64,000 bases of DNA from Candidatus Hydrogenedentota bacterium. GTDB taxonomy: Bacteria; Hydrogenedentota; Hydrogenedentia; Hydrogenedentales; SLHB01. The stretch covers positions 832,001 through 896,000 of the forward strand of contig CAXXYE010000009.1 of NCBI GenBank assembly GCA_963674865.2, given 5' to 3'. The notes under the pieces were generated by a model. That model saw only the letters and a program-made list of their open reading frames with translations. It ran no database searches and was not told where the DNA came from. The stretch's first letter is position 1; each line of letters opens with the position of its first letter. Shown here in pieces: positions 41,196-49,930 of this stretch. The translations under genes were made by a program, and so were the position numbers.

Positions 41196-42962
41196 ATGTC
41201 AAGTTCCTTCTTTCGCTTTCTGAAATACGCAAAGCCATACTGGCTCCTCATTGTGGGCGCCATCTTGTTCGGTGTTGTGAAGTTCACGCTTGCGTTGACG
41301 TTGCCTGCGTCACTGGGACTGGTGACCGACAAGGTTTTCTTGGTGACGGAACTCCCTTTGAAGGTGCGTCTATTTCGGCTCTTCGTCATTCTTGGGGCGT
41401 TAACGCTGGCGTTTCTGGCACGCTCACCCGTCACCTATCTGCGCTCCTATCTCGGCGCTGTGGCGGGCCACAGGACGATATTCGAGCTGCGACGGGATCT
41501 GTACCGGCACCTCCAGCGCCTGAGTCTGACATACTATTCACGCCAGCGGGCGGGCTCTGTTATCTCACGCCTCATCAACGACCTTAACGCCGCGCAGGGG
41601 ATCCTCACGCGTGGCGTGATTGCCGTGTCGATGGACCTCATCTTCTTGCTCGGCGTGGTTGTGTTTCTTTTCATCTACGACTGGCGCCTTGCCGGCGTTA
41701 GCCTGTTCACGCTGCCCATTTACGGGGCCGTGTTCGGGGCGCTGAATCCCCGGCTGAGGAGAGTGTCGTCCGCAGTCCAGGAAGAGATGGCGGAGATGTC
41801 GGGCGAGGTGACGGAGAAGCTCAGCGGTGTCCAGGTGGTGCAGTCCTTCGTGCGAGAAAAGACGGAGGAGATGAACTTCTTCACCCGGCACCGGCGGTAC
41901 TACCGAAAGGTGCTCAAGCGAACGCGGCTGAAGGTCACGCTGTCGACGGTGGCGGAGTTTCTGACGGCCTTTGGCCCGATGCTGGTTGTAGGATATGGGG
42001 GATACCGCGTGGTGGTGGGCTCGATGACGCCCGGCCAAGTCATCCTCTTCTATGGCTTCCTACAGCACTTGTATCTCCCGATGCGGCGATTGGCCGACTG
42101 CTCGGCGTTGATTCAGGAGAAACTGGCGGCTGTTGACCGCGTGTTTGAGGTCCGCGATGTGGAGCCGGATATCCAGGATAAGGCGGGGGCGATCCCTCTG
42201 AATTCGCCCAAGGGCGTCATCGAATTCAGGAATCTTCATTTCTCCTACGAGCCGGGGCAGCCCGTTCTCCAGGATGTGTCTCTGCGTATCGAGCCTGGGC
42301 AGTCGGTTGCGTTCGTGGGGCGAAGCGGGGCCGGAAAGAGTACGCTCGTCAATCTCGTCCCGCGGTTCTATGATGTGGATACGGGGGCGGTGCTGGTAGA
42401 CGGTGTGGACACCCGCGAGTTGATGGTGCGATCCCTGCGTGAGAATATCGGTATCGTACCTCAAGACTCGATTCTCTTCAGCGGCACGATTCGCGAGAAT
42501 ATCCTTTACGGACGCCACAATGCCACGAAGCGGGAGATGAAAGAGGCGGCCCGAATGGCGCACGTGGACGAGTTCGTCAGCATTTTGCCTGCGAGGTATG
42601 GGACGCTGATCGGGGAGCGGGGTGTGTCCTTGAGCGGCGGACAAAAGCAGCGAATCAGCATCGCGCGGGCGTTCTTGCGCAATCCGCGCATACTCATCTT
42701 GGATGAGGCGACGTCGAACCTGGATTCGCACGCGGAGCGCATCATTCAGGACGCGCTACGCGAGTTGATGAAAGGCCGGACGACGCTGGTTATAGCGCAC
42801 CGGCTTTCAACGATCGTCGACTGCGACCTGGTTGTGGTGCTGGAGCAGGGCCGGATCGTGCAAACGGGGACGCACGAGAGCCTTATCCGTGAGAAAGGCC
42901 CATACCGACGCTTCTGCAGGGAGCAGTTCGGCTACGTGCAGCTTGACGAGTTAGCGCGGTAG
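41196..42962 (+). CDS. ABC exporter, fused permease/ATPase (MsbA/Sav1866 family)
   Basis: TM domain plus GRSGAGKS, LSGGQKQR, LDEATS and IAHRL motifs. Confidence 0.95.
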   Translation: MSSSFFRFLKYAKPYWLLIVGAILFGVVKFTLALTLPASLGLVTDKVFLVTELPLKVRLFRLFVILGALTLAFLARSPVTYLRSYLGAVAGHRTIFELRRDLYRHLQRLSLTYYSRQRAGSVISRLINDLNAAQGILTRGVIAVSMDLIFLLGVVVFLFIYDWRLAGVSLFTLPIYGAVFGALNPRLRRVSSAVQEEMAEMSGEVTEKLSGVQVVQSFVREKTEEMNFFTRHRRYYRKVLKRTRLKVTLSTVAEFLTAFGPMLVVGYGGYRVVVGSMTPGQVILFYGFLQHLYLPMRRLADCSALIQEKLAAVDRVFEVRDVEPDIQDKAGAIPLNSPKGVIEFRNLHFSYEPGQPVLQDVSLRIEPGQSVAFVGRSGAGKSTLVNLVPRFYDVDTGAVLVDGVDTRELMVRSLRENIGIVPQDSILFSGTIRENILYGRHNATKREMKEAARMAHVDEFVSILPARYGTLIGERGVSLSGGQKQRISIARAFLRNPRILILDEATSNLDSHAERIIQDALRELMKGRTTLVIAHRLSTIVDCDLVVVLEQGRIVQTGTHESLIREKGPYRRFCREQFGYVQLDELAR

Positions 42963-42993
42963 GCCGGCTTCCAGGGGCGAGGGGGCGCTGCAT

Positions 42994-43413
42994 TCACTCG
43001 AGGCGTTTTCCGACGCTACTCATGGACAGGGCTGCGTGGAGGACGCCCTTCTGTTGGCGGAGTGCATCGGCCAACGCCTGGATGTCGTCGGCCTTTCCGG
43101 TGGCCATGATCATTTCAGCGCAGAGGTCATGGGTAAGGTGTACATGGGTGGTGGCGAGGACATTGGCCTGGTGGTCGTGTTGAACGTCAGTAAGCTTCTC
43201 GGATAGGCCGCGGGTGTGGTGATCGTAGAGCAAAGTGACTGTGCCAAGGGCTTCTTGGCCTCTTACCCACTCCTCGGCCACCAGGCGATCACGAATCATA
43301 TCGCGTATGAACTCAGAGCGGTTGGTGTAGCGACTTGCGGCGAGAAGCTTCTCGAGGCGGTTCAGTAGAGAACGCTCGAGCGAAAAGCTTAGACGCACCA
43401 ACTCAGAAGACAT
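42994..43413 (-). CDS. nikR: Nickel-responsive regulator NikR
   Basis: RHH N-terminus (RLSFSL...NRSEFIRD), YDHH, QHDH and HVHL...C Ni ligands. Confidence 0.93.
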   Translation of the reverse strand: MSSELVRLSFSLERSLLNRLEKLLAASRYTNRSEFIRDMIRDRLVAEEWVRGQEALGTVTLLYDHHTRGLSEKLTDVQHDHQANVLATTHVHLTHDLCAEMIMATGKADDIQALADALRQQKGVLHAALSMSSVGKRLE

Positions 43414-43449
43414 GGCGTCTCCCCCTCTTCCTTCAACCAGATTGCCCTC

Positions 43450-43478
43450 ATACTACTGGCCCGATTGGTGCGCTTCAA
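43450..43478 (-). promoter_or_regulatory. nikR promoter
   Basis: Minus strand TTGAAG-17-TAGTAT. Confidence 0.6.
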
Positions 43479-43520
43479 GCCTGTGGGACTTGACAAGCGG
43501 CCGCGGGCCTGCTTGAATAT

Positions 43521-43540
43521 ATCTGAAAAAGATTTCAGAT
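43521..43540. promoter_or_regulatory. Candidate LexA operator (SOS box)
   Basis: Perfect inverted repeat ATCTGAAA-AAGA-TTTCAGAT, 18 nt upstream of the lexA ATG. Confidence 0.75.
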
Positions 43541-43558
43541 TCGGAGAGAGGAAGTCTT

Positions 43559-44191
43559 ATGGCCATAGGACTTACGTCCCGCCAGTCACAAGTGCTCGAG
43601 TTTATCATTCGGTCGATTCGCGATTTGGGCTATCCGCCTACCATTGCGGAGATTGGGAAGGAGTTTCGCATTGCCTCCACCAACGGCGTGAATGATCATC
43701 TTGTGGCACTTGAGCGTAAAGGCTACATCGCGCGTTCGTCGAAGGCGCGGGGCATCCGGGTCACGGAGAAGGCGGCCGCCGGCCTTTACCGCAGCGAGGT
43801 GGGGGTGCTTCCCCTGGTGGGACGGATTGCGGCGGGCCAGCCCATTCTGGCGGAGGAGAATGTCGAGGGCAGTGTGCCCGTCTCGTCACAGCTGGCGAAG
43901 GAGGCGACCTATTGCCTCCGCGTTCAAGGCGACAGCATGATCGAGGATGGGATTCTTGACGGTGATGTGATCATTGTTTCGCAAAGGACCTCCGCGGCGC
44001 CGGGTGATGTGGTAGTGGCTCTCGTCGACGGCGAGGCAACGGTGAAGCGATTCTATGCGCACGCCGACATCGTCGAATTACGGCCCGCCAACGCCGCCAT
44101 GAAGCCGATGCTGCTGCACGCTGAGGACGTTCGATTGCAGGGGGTAGTTCTGGCGCTTCAGCGTTCGATCCGTTCGGGAACGGGTGTGTAG
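43559..44191 (+). CDS. lexA: SOS repressor LexA
   Basis: LT.RQ, GYPPT..EI, STNGVNDHL.ALERKG, AAG cleavage site, GDSM (Ser) and TVK (Lys). Confidence 0.97.
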   Translation: MAIGLTSRQSQVLEFIIRSIRDLGYPPTIAEIGKEFRIASTNGVNDHLVALERKGYIARSSKARGIRVTEKAAAGLYRSEVGVLPLVGRIAAGQPILAEENVEGSVPVSSQLAKEATYCLRVQGDSMIEDGILDGDVIIVSQRTSAAPGDVVVALVDGEATVKRFYAHADIVELRPANAAMKPMLLHAEDVRLQGVVLALQRSIRSGTGV

Positions 44192-44246
44192 GCCATCGTG
44201 CTTCGTAGGATGTGAGCGCCGCACCGCAAGTGCCAATTTCTCCCGA

Positions 44247-47200
44247 TCAGGGCCTTGGACGGCGAACAAGTGCGCTCCGGACGGGCACGCCTGCGGGCCG
44301 GATGGCGATGCCGTCGGTTTGGACCTCAATAGGCTGGCCATTAACGACGGTGGCGTTTGCCTCTTCGATGACTACACGGATGGGCCAAGTCTTGGGCCAG
44401 GCAGATGTAGTTCTCCAGGGGATCGACAGAAACTCACCCGCTGCGGCGCGGCGTTTGGGGGGCGTAAACGCGAGAAGGAGCACTCCCGGGGAGGGCTGCC
44501 GCTGAATAAGTCTGCGGCCAGCCTGGACTGCGGCGGAACTCGGGGCGGGTTTGGCCCACCGTAGCGCGTCTTCAGGCAGGGCCTTGAGGCGAACGGAAAT
44601 CCATCCGATGCTGACTTCTGGGGGGTGCTCCAGCGTGAGGGTGATGGAGCCTCGATATTGCTGGCCCTGAACGTGAAAAGCCTGGAGCGTCGCCGCGGTG
44701 AGGCGCGCCGTTGTTCGGGATGTGTAGTGGAATCCGGCGGGCAGGGCACCTGACAGGCCGGTAGAGGGCTCCTCGACGCGAATGGGAACGTCGCCGCCCG
44801 TCGCTATCTCATACGGCGGCGTCTCCGCGAGGAGCGTATCGGCAGCAGTTCGACGGACGCTCGGGGAAGGGGAGGGCCCGAACCACACAGTAGCGTCCTG
44901 AGTGAAATTCCGGCCCGTTATCTCAATGGCCGTCCCGCCTTCGGCGGGCCCGTGATTGGGGGAAAGGCCGGCTACGTGAGGGGCGTCCCCCGGGGGCAGA
45001 GGCCAGGGATCGGCGCCATCAAGCGTTCCGTCGCCATCGGAATCCGCGTTCAGCGGGCTTGTTTCACCCTCGTCCACTCTCCCGTTTCGATCAAGATCCT
45101 CATCGCCATCGGGGATGCCGTCGCCATCGGTATCCGGATTGAGGAAGTCTGTTTCGCCGGTATCCCACAGGCCGTTCTTATCGAGGTCTTCCACGTCGTC
45201 GGGGAGGCCGTCGCCGTCGAGGTCGCTGACATCCTTTCCTGCCCGGGCGAGCCATCGGAATAGGTCGTTCGCGAAGTGGCGGTTAGCTGATGCATGGAGG
45301 GGGCCATTCTCAAGCGGCGTGGCCGCAGCGAGCACGGCGACGCGCCCGTAGCCGTAAGGCCGCGCCAGGAAGAGTGCGTGCCCAGCCTCGTCGGCCACGA
45401 GGGCGGCGCCTGGGGCGTCGGCTGTGACGGCGGCGCCATTGATGATCTCGAAATTGTGCCAATGCCTGCACAGCCAGTGTTCTGAGCGAGTCTGCGATAG
45501 GCCGGCGACGGCCGTGGTGGCGTCAATGCGAATGCCGATGGGACTGAGCCAGCGACTGAGTGTCCAGGGATCGCCACCGATGCCGGCGGCGCCAAGGAAG
45601 AGGACGGCGCCGCCGGCGGCCACGTAATCGAGCAGGGCGGGCCTGGCAATGAGTCCTTCCGCCGCGGCCGCGGCGTCGATGACGACGACGGCATAGGGGT
45701 CAAGGGTGCCCAGATATGGCCCGGACACGGCCAGGTGAGAGAAGTTATTGGGCGGGGCCGCCAGCAACTCGGCCAAAGCGTGCATGGCGTGCTCGCCACG
45801 GGGATCGCGCAGGCGGTGTTCACCAGCGGCGCCCGTTAGGATCCACAGGACCCGGCGGAGCATGCCGGGAGAGGGGGCTACCCTTATGTGTAAAGATGCT
45901 GGACTGCCGAGGACCTTTGGCCCGCGTCGTAAACGGCCATCCCCCATGCTCAAGATGAGTACGCCACGGGCTTCCACGCGGTGGTCTGGATACGACGCAG
46001 GATCGATGCCCATGTAGCAGGGCTCTCCCATGGCACCGGACAAGGGAAAGATGCGCAGCCAGGGCATTGCGCCGCGGTCGTAGTCAACGTGCCAACGCGT
46101 GTTCTCTCCACGAGGGACGTCGAGCACGAACGTGCGCAGCTCGCGGCCGACGGCCTCGCCGTGAAATGTCACCAGCGAGGGAGCGCGAAGACGTGCGGAC
46201 GGCGTGGTAGGGAGCGGGTCGACGCCGTCGTGCATGTTGTCCCCGTCCGAGTCAGGATCGGTATCCGACGTACCGCGTTGCTCTTCCTCCAGGGGAGGAA
46301 GGCCGTCACCATCGCGGTCGGGGGCCGGCAGGCTTTTCGCGGGCAACAGGGCAATCCGGGTGACGTGGCCCGATACGAAGGGGACTATGGCGCTCGGCGC
46401 CCGGGCTTGTATGTCGATGGCGTAGAGGCGATTCGCCGCGCCGGCAAAAAGGCCCTCCGGCGTCCATGCCAGTGCGGCAATGGCGTCGGGGAGTACGAGG
46501 GGCAGGTCGTTCGATTTACCCGATGGCCAGATCTCGAGGCGACCGCCTACCGCGATGGCCACCGCCGGGCCTTTGGGGGCCGTGGCAATGCACAGCGGCC
46601 CGGCGACTTGCGTGAAGGGGACCTCGGCGGCTTTCTGAGGGCCATCAGACGTGAGCATCACGCGTGTGGCATAGGCAAATCCGAATCCGGGCGAGCGGGT
46701 TGCCACCCAACAGGAGCCGTCTCCGGCGACGGAGAGAGGGGAATCGCTTACGCGGGCGACGCCGGGGAGCTCGAGCGGCGCCCCAACCTGGCCGAAGGCG
46801 CCTGCGCCGAAGGCGTAGAGCAAGGCGATTCCCGAAGGCCGTTTCAGGGCACGCCCTGAGATCAACACGTAAATGACGTTGCCGTCCCGGCTAACAGCCA
46901 AGCCCGAGGGTTCGCCATCGAACAGCTCAATTCCCGCCGCGATGGGCAAAGCGTCTACGAGAAGCTTCTTGCGGCGCAGGTCGGCCACGTACAAGAGCGC
47001 GCTCGCGCCGGCCTGCCCGAGGCAAAGGATGGCCACGCGCGCTCCATCGGCCACACTCGCCGCTGCAACCGGTTCACCCGCCAGGGGCCATGTTACACGG
47101 GGGGGCTGAATAACGGGTTCATTCCCCGGGCTTAGGTTCATCACGGCCACGTGGCCTGGTTCTGGGGCTTCGCCATCGAACGACGTGCTCAACACAACGA

Positions 47201-47612
47201 TGAAGTCCTGGCCTCCGTCGGCGGCCCGGCCCGTGCAGGCAGCTTGCTCGCGGCCCGTCACCGGGGAGACATGTTGAGCGCCCTCCATGGCGCCGAAAGG
47301 CGCGCACAGATATCCCGAGATGAAGGCCGGCGAATCGGCTGCCCGCGAGCCCGTGGTGATGACTGCAGTCCCTGCATCGGGCGTCAGCAGTATTGGGCCG
47401 ACGACATCGCTCCCCGGCAATCGCTCAGCCCCGGGGAGCACCGAGCCGCGGGCCATATCTACGCTTTGAAGATAGACGGCTGTGGCCTTCCGGGCCGCCG
47501 ATAGTGTCGTGGTGCAGACGAGGAGGCGCTGGGCGGAGGCAGAAGCGCAGACGAGAAGAGCTACCGCCATGAGGGCGGCACGTAGGAGTCTCCTTCGAGG
47601 TGTGCCCAACAC
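44247..47612 (-). CDS. Large secreted multidomain protein (propeller-like region, DxDGDG Ca-binding repeats, IPT/TIG, cohesin-like tail)
   Basis: RRRLL...ASASA signal peptide; two DxDGDG repeat blocks; P..GP.EGGT.I.ITG.NF IPT/TIG motif; start uncertain. Confidence 0.7.
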   Translation of the reverse strand: MLGTPRRRLLRAALMAVALLVCASASAQRLLVCTTTLSAARKATAVYLQSVDMARGSVLPGAERLPGSDVVGPILLTPDAGTAVITTGSRAADSPAFISGYLCAPFGAMEGAQHVSPVTGREQAACTGRAADGGQDFIVVLSTSFDGEAPEPGHVAVMNLSPGNEPVIQPPRVTWPLAGEPVAAASVADGARVAILCLGQAGASALLYVADLRRKKLLVDALPIAAGIELFDGEPSGLAVSRDGNVIYVLISGRALKRPSGIALLYAFGAGAFGQVGAPLELPGVARVSDSPLSVAGDGSCWVATRSPGFGFAYATRVMLTSDGPQKAAEVPFTQVAGPLCIATAPKGPAVAIAVGGRLEIWPSGKSNDLPLVLPDAIAALAWTPEGLFAGAANRLYAIDIQARAPSAIVPFVSGHVTRIALLPAKSLPAPDRDGDGLPPLEEEQRGTSDTDPDSDGDNMHDGVDPLPTTPSARLRAPSLVTFHGEAVGRELRTFVLDVPRGENTRWHVDYDRGAMPWLRIFPLSGAMGEPCYMGIDPASYPDHRVEARGVLILSMGDGRLRRGPKVLGSPASLHIRVAPSPGMLRRVLWILTGAAGEHRLRDPRGEHAMHALAELLAAPPNNFSHLAVSGPYLGTLDPYAVVVIDAAAAAEGLIARPALLDYVAAGGAVLFLGAAGIGGDPWTLSRWLSPIGIRIDATTAVAGLSQTRSEHWLCRHWHNFEIINGAAVTADAPGAALVADEAGHALFLARPYGYGRVAVLAAATPLENGPLHASANRHFANDLFRWLARAGKDVSDLDGDGLPDDVEDLDKNGLWDTGETDFLNPDTDGDGIPDGDEDLDRNGRVDEGETSPLNADSDGDGTLDGADPWPLPPGDAPHVAGLSPNHGPAEGGTAIEITGRNFTQDATVWFGPSPSPSVRRTAADTLLAETPPYEIATGGDVPIRVEEPSTGLSGALPAGFHYTSRTTARLTAATLQAFHVQGQQYRGSITLTLEHPPEVSIGWISVRLKALPEDALRWAKPAPSSAAVQAGRRLIQRQPSPGVLLLAFTPPKRRAAAGEFLSIPWRTTSAWPKTWPIRVVIEEANATVVNGQPIEVQTDGIAIRPAGVPVRSALVRRPRP

Positions 47613-47829
47613 GTGCTCTCCCGTGCTCTGAAATGGCTGGGGCGGCTCTTCCCCCGGGCTTCCGGCCCGAAATCTCCAGCGTGATTGGCTCAGAGATGTC
47701 TCCACGGAATGATAATCCGAAAGGCTGGCGTACACAACCAGGGATGCGACCAGAGTCTAAGGTTTCTTGCACTGTACCGCCGGACCCGCCCTCAGTGCGG
47801 GGGCACTATTCGCGTCTCGCGAGAACGGT

Positions 47830-47859
47830 TTGACTTGTCCTGAGATCGTATGCTAGTCT
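47830..47859 (+). promoter_or_regulatory. Promoter of the rplU operon
   Basis: TTGACT-18-TAGTCT with extended TG. Confidence 0.6.
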
Positions 47860-47905
47860 CTATCGGTTTTCCCAAAGTAAGGAGAGGCGCCGGTTCGGGT
47901 GCGTC

Positions 47906-47956
47906 AAGCTTGGCTTCGGTTTTCGGCGATAGGCGGAGGCCGGGAGCTTTTTTATT
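47906..47956 (+). terminator. Terminator-like hairpin in the rplU 5' leader
   Basis: AAGCT-TGGCTTC...GAGGCCG-GG-AGCTT followed by a T-run. Confidence 0.5.
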
Positions 47957-48065
47957 GCTTGGCCGGGACTTTCTGAGAGGGTTCCCGCCCGACGTGCGTG
48001 CGCCCGTGATATGCGGGATGTGCCGCGTCGCCTTGCGCGGCCGGACAATCTTGGAGATAGCCACG

Positions 48066-48377
48066 ATGTACGCAGTGGTAACGACAGGTGGTAAGCAGTT
48101 TAGGGTATTTGAGGGCGATGTCGTTCGCGTGGAACGTATCGAGGCGCCGGTGGGCGACACCATCGAGTTGGTGAGCGTGAACCTTGTCGCCAAGGATGAC
48201 GCCCTGGTGGTGGATCCTGAGGCGCTGAAAAGCGCGAAGGTTGTGTGCGACGTGCTCGGGCAGGGCCGTGCCAAGAAGATCCGGGTCTTCAAGAAGAAGC
48301 GGCGCAAGAACTACGCCCGTACTCAAGGCCACCGGCAACCGTACACCGAACTGCGCGTCCGCGAGATCCAGGCGTAG
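48066..48377 (+). CDS. rplU: 50S ribosomal protein L21
   Basis: MYAVVTTGGKQ...GHRQPYT. Confidence 0.98.
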   Translation: MYAVVTTGGKQFRVFEGDVVRVERIEAPVGDTIELVSVNLVAKDDALVVDPEALKSAKVVCDVLGQGRAKKIRVFKKKRRKNYARTQGHRQPYTELRVREIQA

Positions 48378-48389
48378 AGGAGAAACACC

Positions 48390-48653
48390 ATGGCCCATAA
48401 GAAAGCCGGCGGCAGCTCACGAAATGGTCGAGACAGCGCGGCTCAGCGTCTTGGCCTTAAGAAGTCTGGCGGCCAAACAGTGCGCGCGGGCAATATCCTT
48501 GTTCGCCAGCGCGGCACCAAATTCCATCCCGGCCGGAACGTTGGCATTGGCAGCGATGACACCTTGTTTGCTTTGACCGATGGCGTCGTCGAGTTCCGGC
48601 AGGTGCGCAAGGACCGGAAACGCGTGGATATTGTTCCGGCCAAAGCCGACTAA
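48390..48653 (+). CDS. rpmA: 50S ribosomal protein L27
   Basis: [16 protein letters not shown]...RQRGTK. Confidence 0.99.
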   Translation: MAHKKAGGSSRNGRDSAAQRLGLKKSGGQTVRAGNILVRQRGTKFHPGRNVGIGSDDTLFALTDGVVEFRQVRKDRKRVDIVPAKAD

Positions 48654-48676
48654 GCCCCCGGCCGTGCCCGCCTATC

Positions 48677-49930
48677 ATGTGGATTGATCGCGCACGGATT
48701 AGAGTGACGGGCGGCAAGGGCGGCAACGGCTGTTGTAGCTTCCGGAGAGAGAAATACGTTCCTCGCGGGGGGCCTGATGGAGGCGACGGGGGAAACGGGG
48801 GCGATGTCTTCATCGTCGCCGATGCACGCCTTAGTTCGCTTCTGGATCTTCGCTATCACGCTCACTGGAAAGGCGAGCGCGGCCTACATGGCGAAGGCAA
48901 GAACCGGCACGGCAAGAACGGCGGCGAGATAACGATTCGCGTGCCGGCGGGCACGGTGGTTCACGATGCCGCGAGCGGAGACGTCCTCTGCGACCTTGCC
49001 CAAGTGGGCGATCGCTTCCTGGCCGCCGCGGGCGGGCGGGGAGGCAAGGGAAACGCGCGTTTTACTTCCTCCACGAACCGGGCGCCGAAGTTCGCCGAAC
49101 TCGGAGAGCCGGGGCAGGAGGCGGACTACGTACTTGAGCTGAAGCTTATCGCCGAAGTGGGTCTAGTGGGCCTTCCTAATGCGGGCAAGTCCACGCTGCT
49201 CTCCCGCGTCACCGCGGCCACGCCCAAGATCGCGGACTATCCATTCACTACGCTTTCCCCCAACCTGGGCGTCGCGGAACTGAGCGATCACCGCGCGTTG
49301 ACGATCGCTGACATTCCGGGCATTATTGAAGGCGCCGCTCAAGGTAAGGGTCTGGGGCACGACTTCCTGAGACATATTGAACGAACGAAGGTTCTACTTT
49401 TTCTAATCGACCTCGGTGACGAGGATCCTGTTGCGACATGGCGCACCCTTGAGCGTGAACTCGCGGCACATAGCGTGGAGTTCGCCGATAGGCCGGCCGT
49501 CTTCGCCCTGAACAAGGCCGATATCCCCGCGAATTGTGAGCGTTTTCCCCAAGTGGCGGAGGCTTTTGAAACGTCCTTCATGATTTCAGCGGCAACGGGC
49601 GAAGGCGTTGGGCCTCTGCTCGAGCATCTTTGGGCCGTTGTTGAGCGCGTTCGTCAAGAGGAGGCGGAACCGGAAAACATACCGGTGGAGCGGACTTACA
49701 CCTATGAAGCACCCTTCACCGTCGAGAAGACGGCCGCCGGCTTTCGCGTGGAAGGCCGGCAGGTTCATCGTGCCGTGCGCATGACGGACTTTGATAACGA
49801 GGAGGCCGTACATCATTTGCAGCACCGACTCAAGGGCATGGGACTTTTCAAGGTTTTGAAGCGCCTTGGGGCTCAGGCCGGGCAGACGATCGTGATTGGG
49901 GACGTGGAACTTGAATACCATCCCGACTGA
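48677..49930 (+). CDS. obgE: GTPase Obg/CgtA with C-terminal OCT domain
   Basis: FRREKYVP.GGPDGGDGG, GLPNAGKS, YPFTT, DIPG and NK.D motifs. Confidence 0.98.
   Translation: MWIDRARIRVTGGKGGNGCCSFRREKYVPRGGPDGGDGGNGGDVFIVADARLSSLLDLRYHAHWKGERGLHGEGKNRHGKNGGEITIRVPAGTVVHDAASGDVLCDLAQVGDRFLAAAGGRGGKGNARFTSSTNRAPKFAELGEPGQEADYVLELKLIAEVGLVGLPNAGKSTLLSRVTAATPKIADYPFTTLSPNLGVAELSDHRALTIADIPGIIEGAAQGKGLGHDFLRHIERTKVLLFLIDLGDEDPVATWRTLERELAAHSVEFADRPAVFALNKADIPANCERFPQVAEAFETSFMISAATGEGVGPLLEHLWAVVERVRQEEAEPENIPVERTYTYEAPFTVEKTAAGFRVEGRQVHRAVRMTDFDNEEAVHHLQHRLKGMGLFKVLKRLGAQAGQTIVIGDVELEYHPD

Noticed and set aside
43448..43453. TCATAC half-site of an E. coli-type NikR operator
   Set aside because: There is no partner half-site at the 16-nt spacing, and it is better explained as part of the nikR -10 region.
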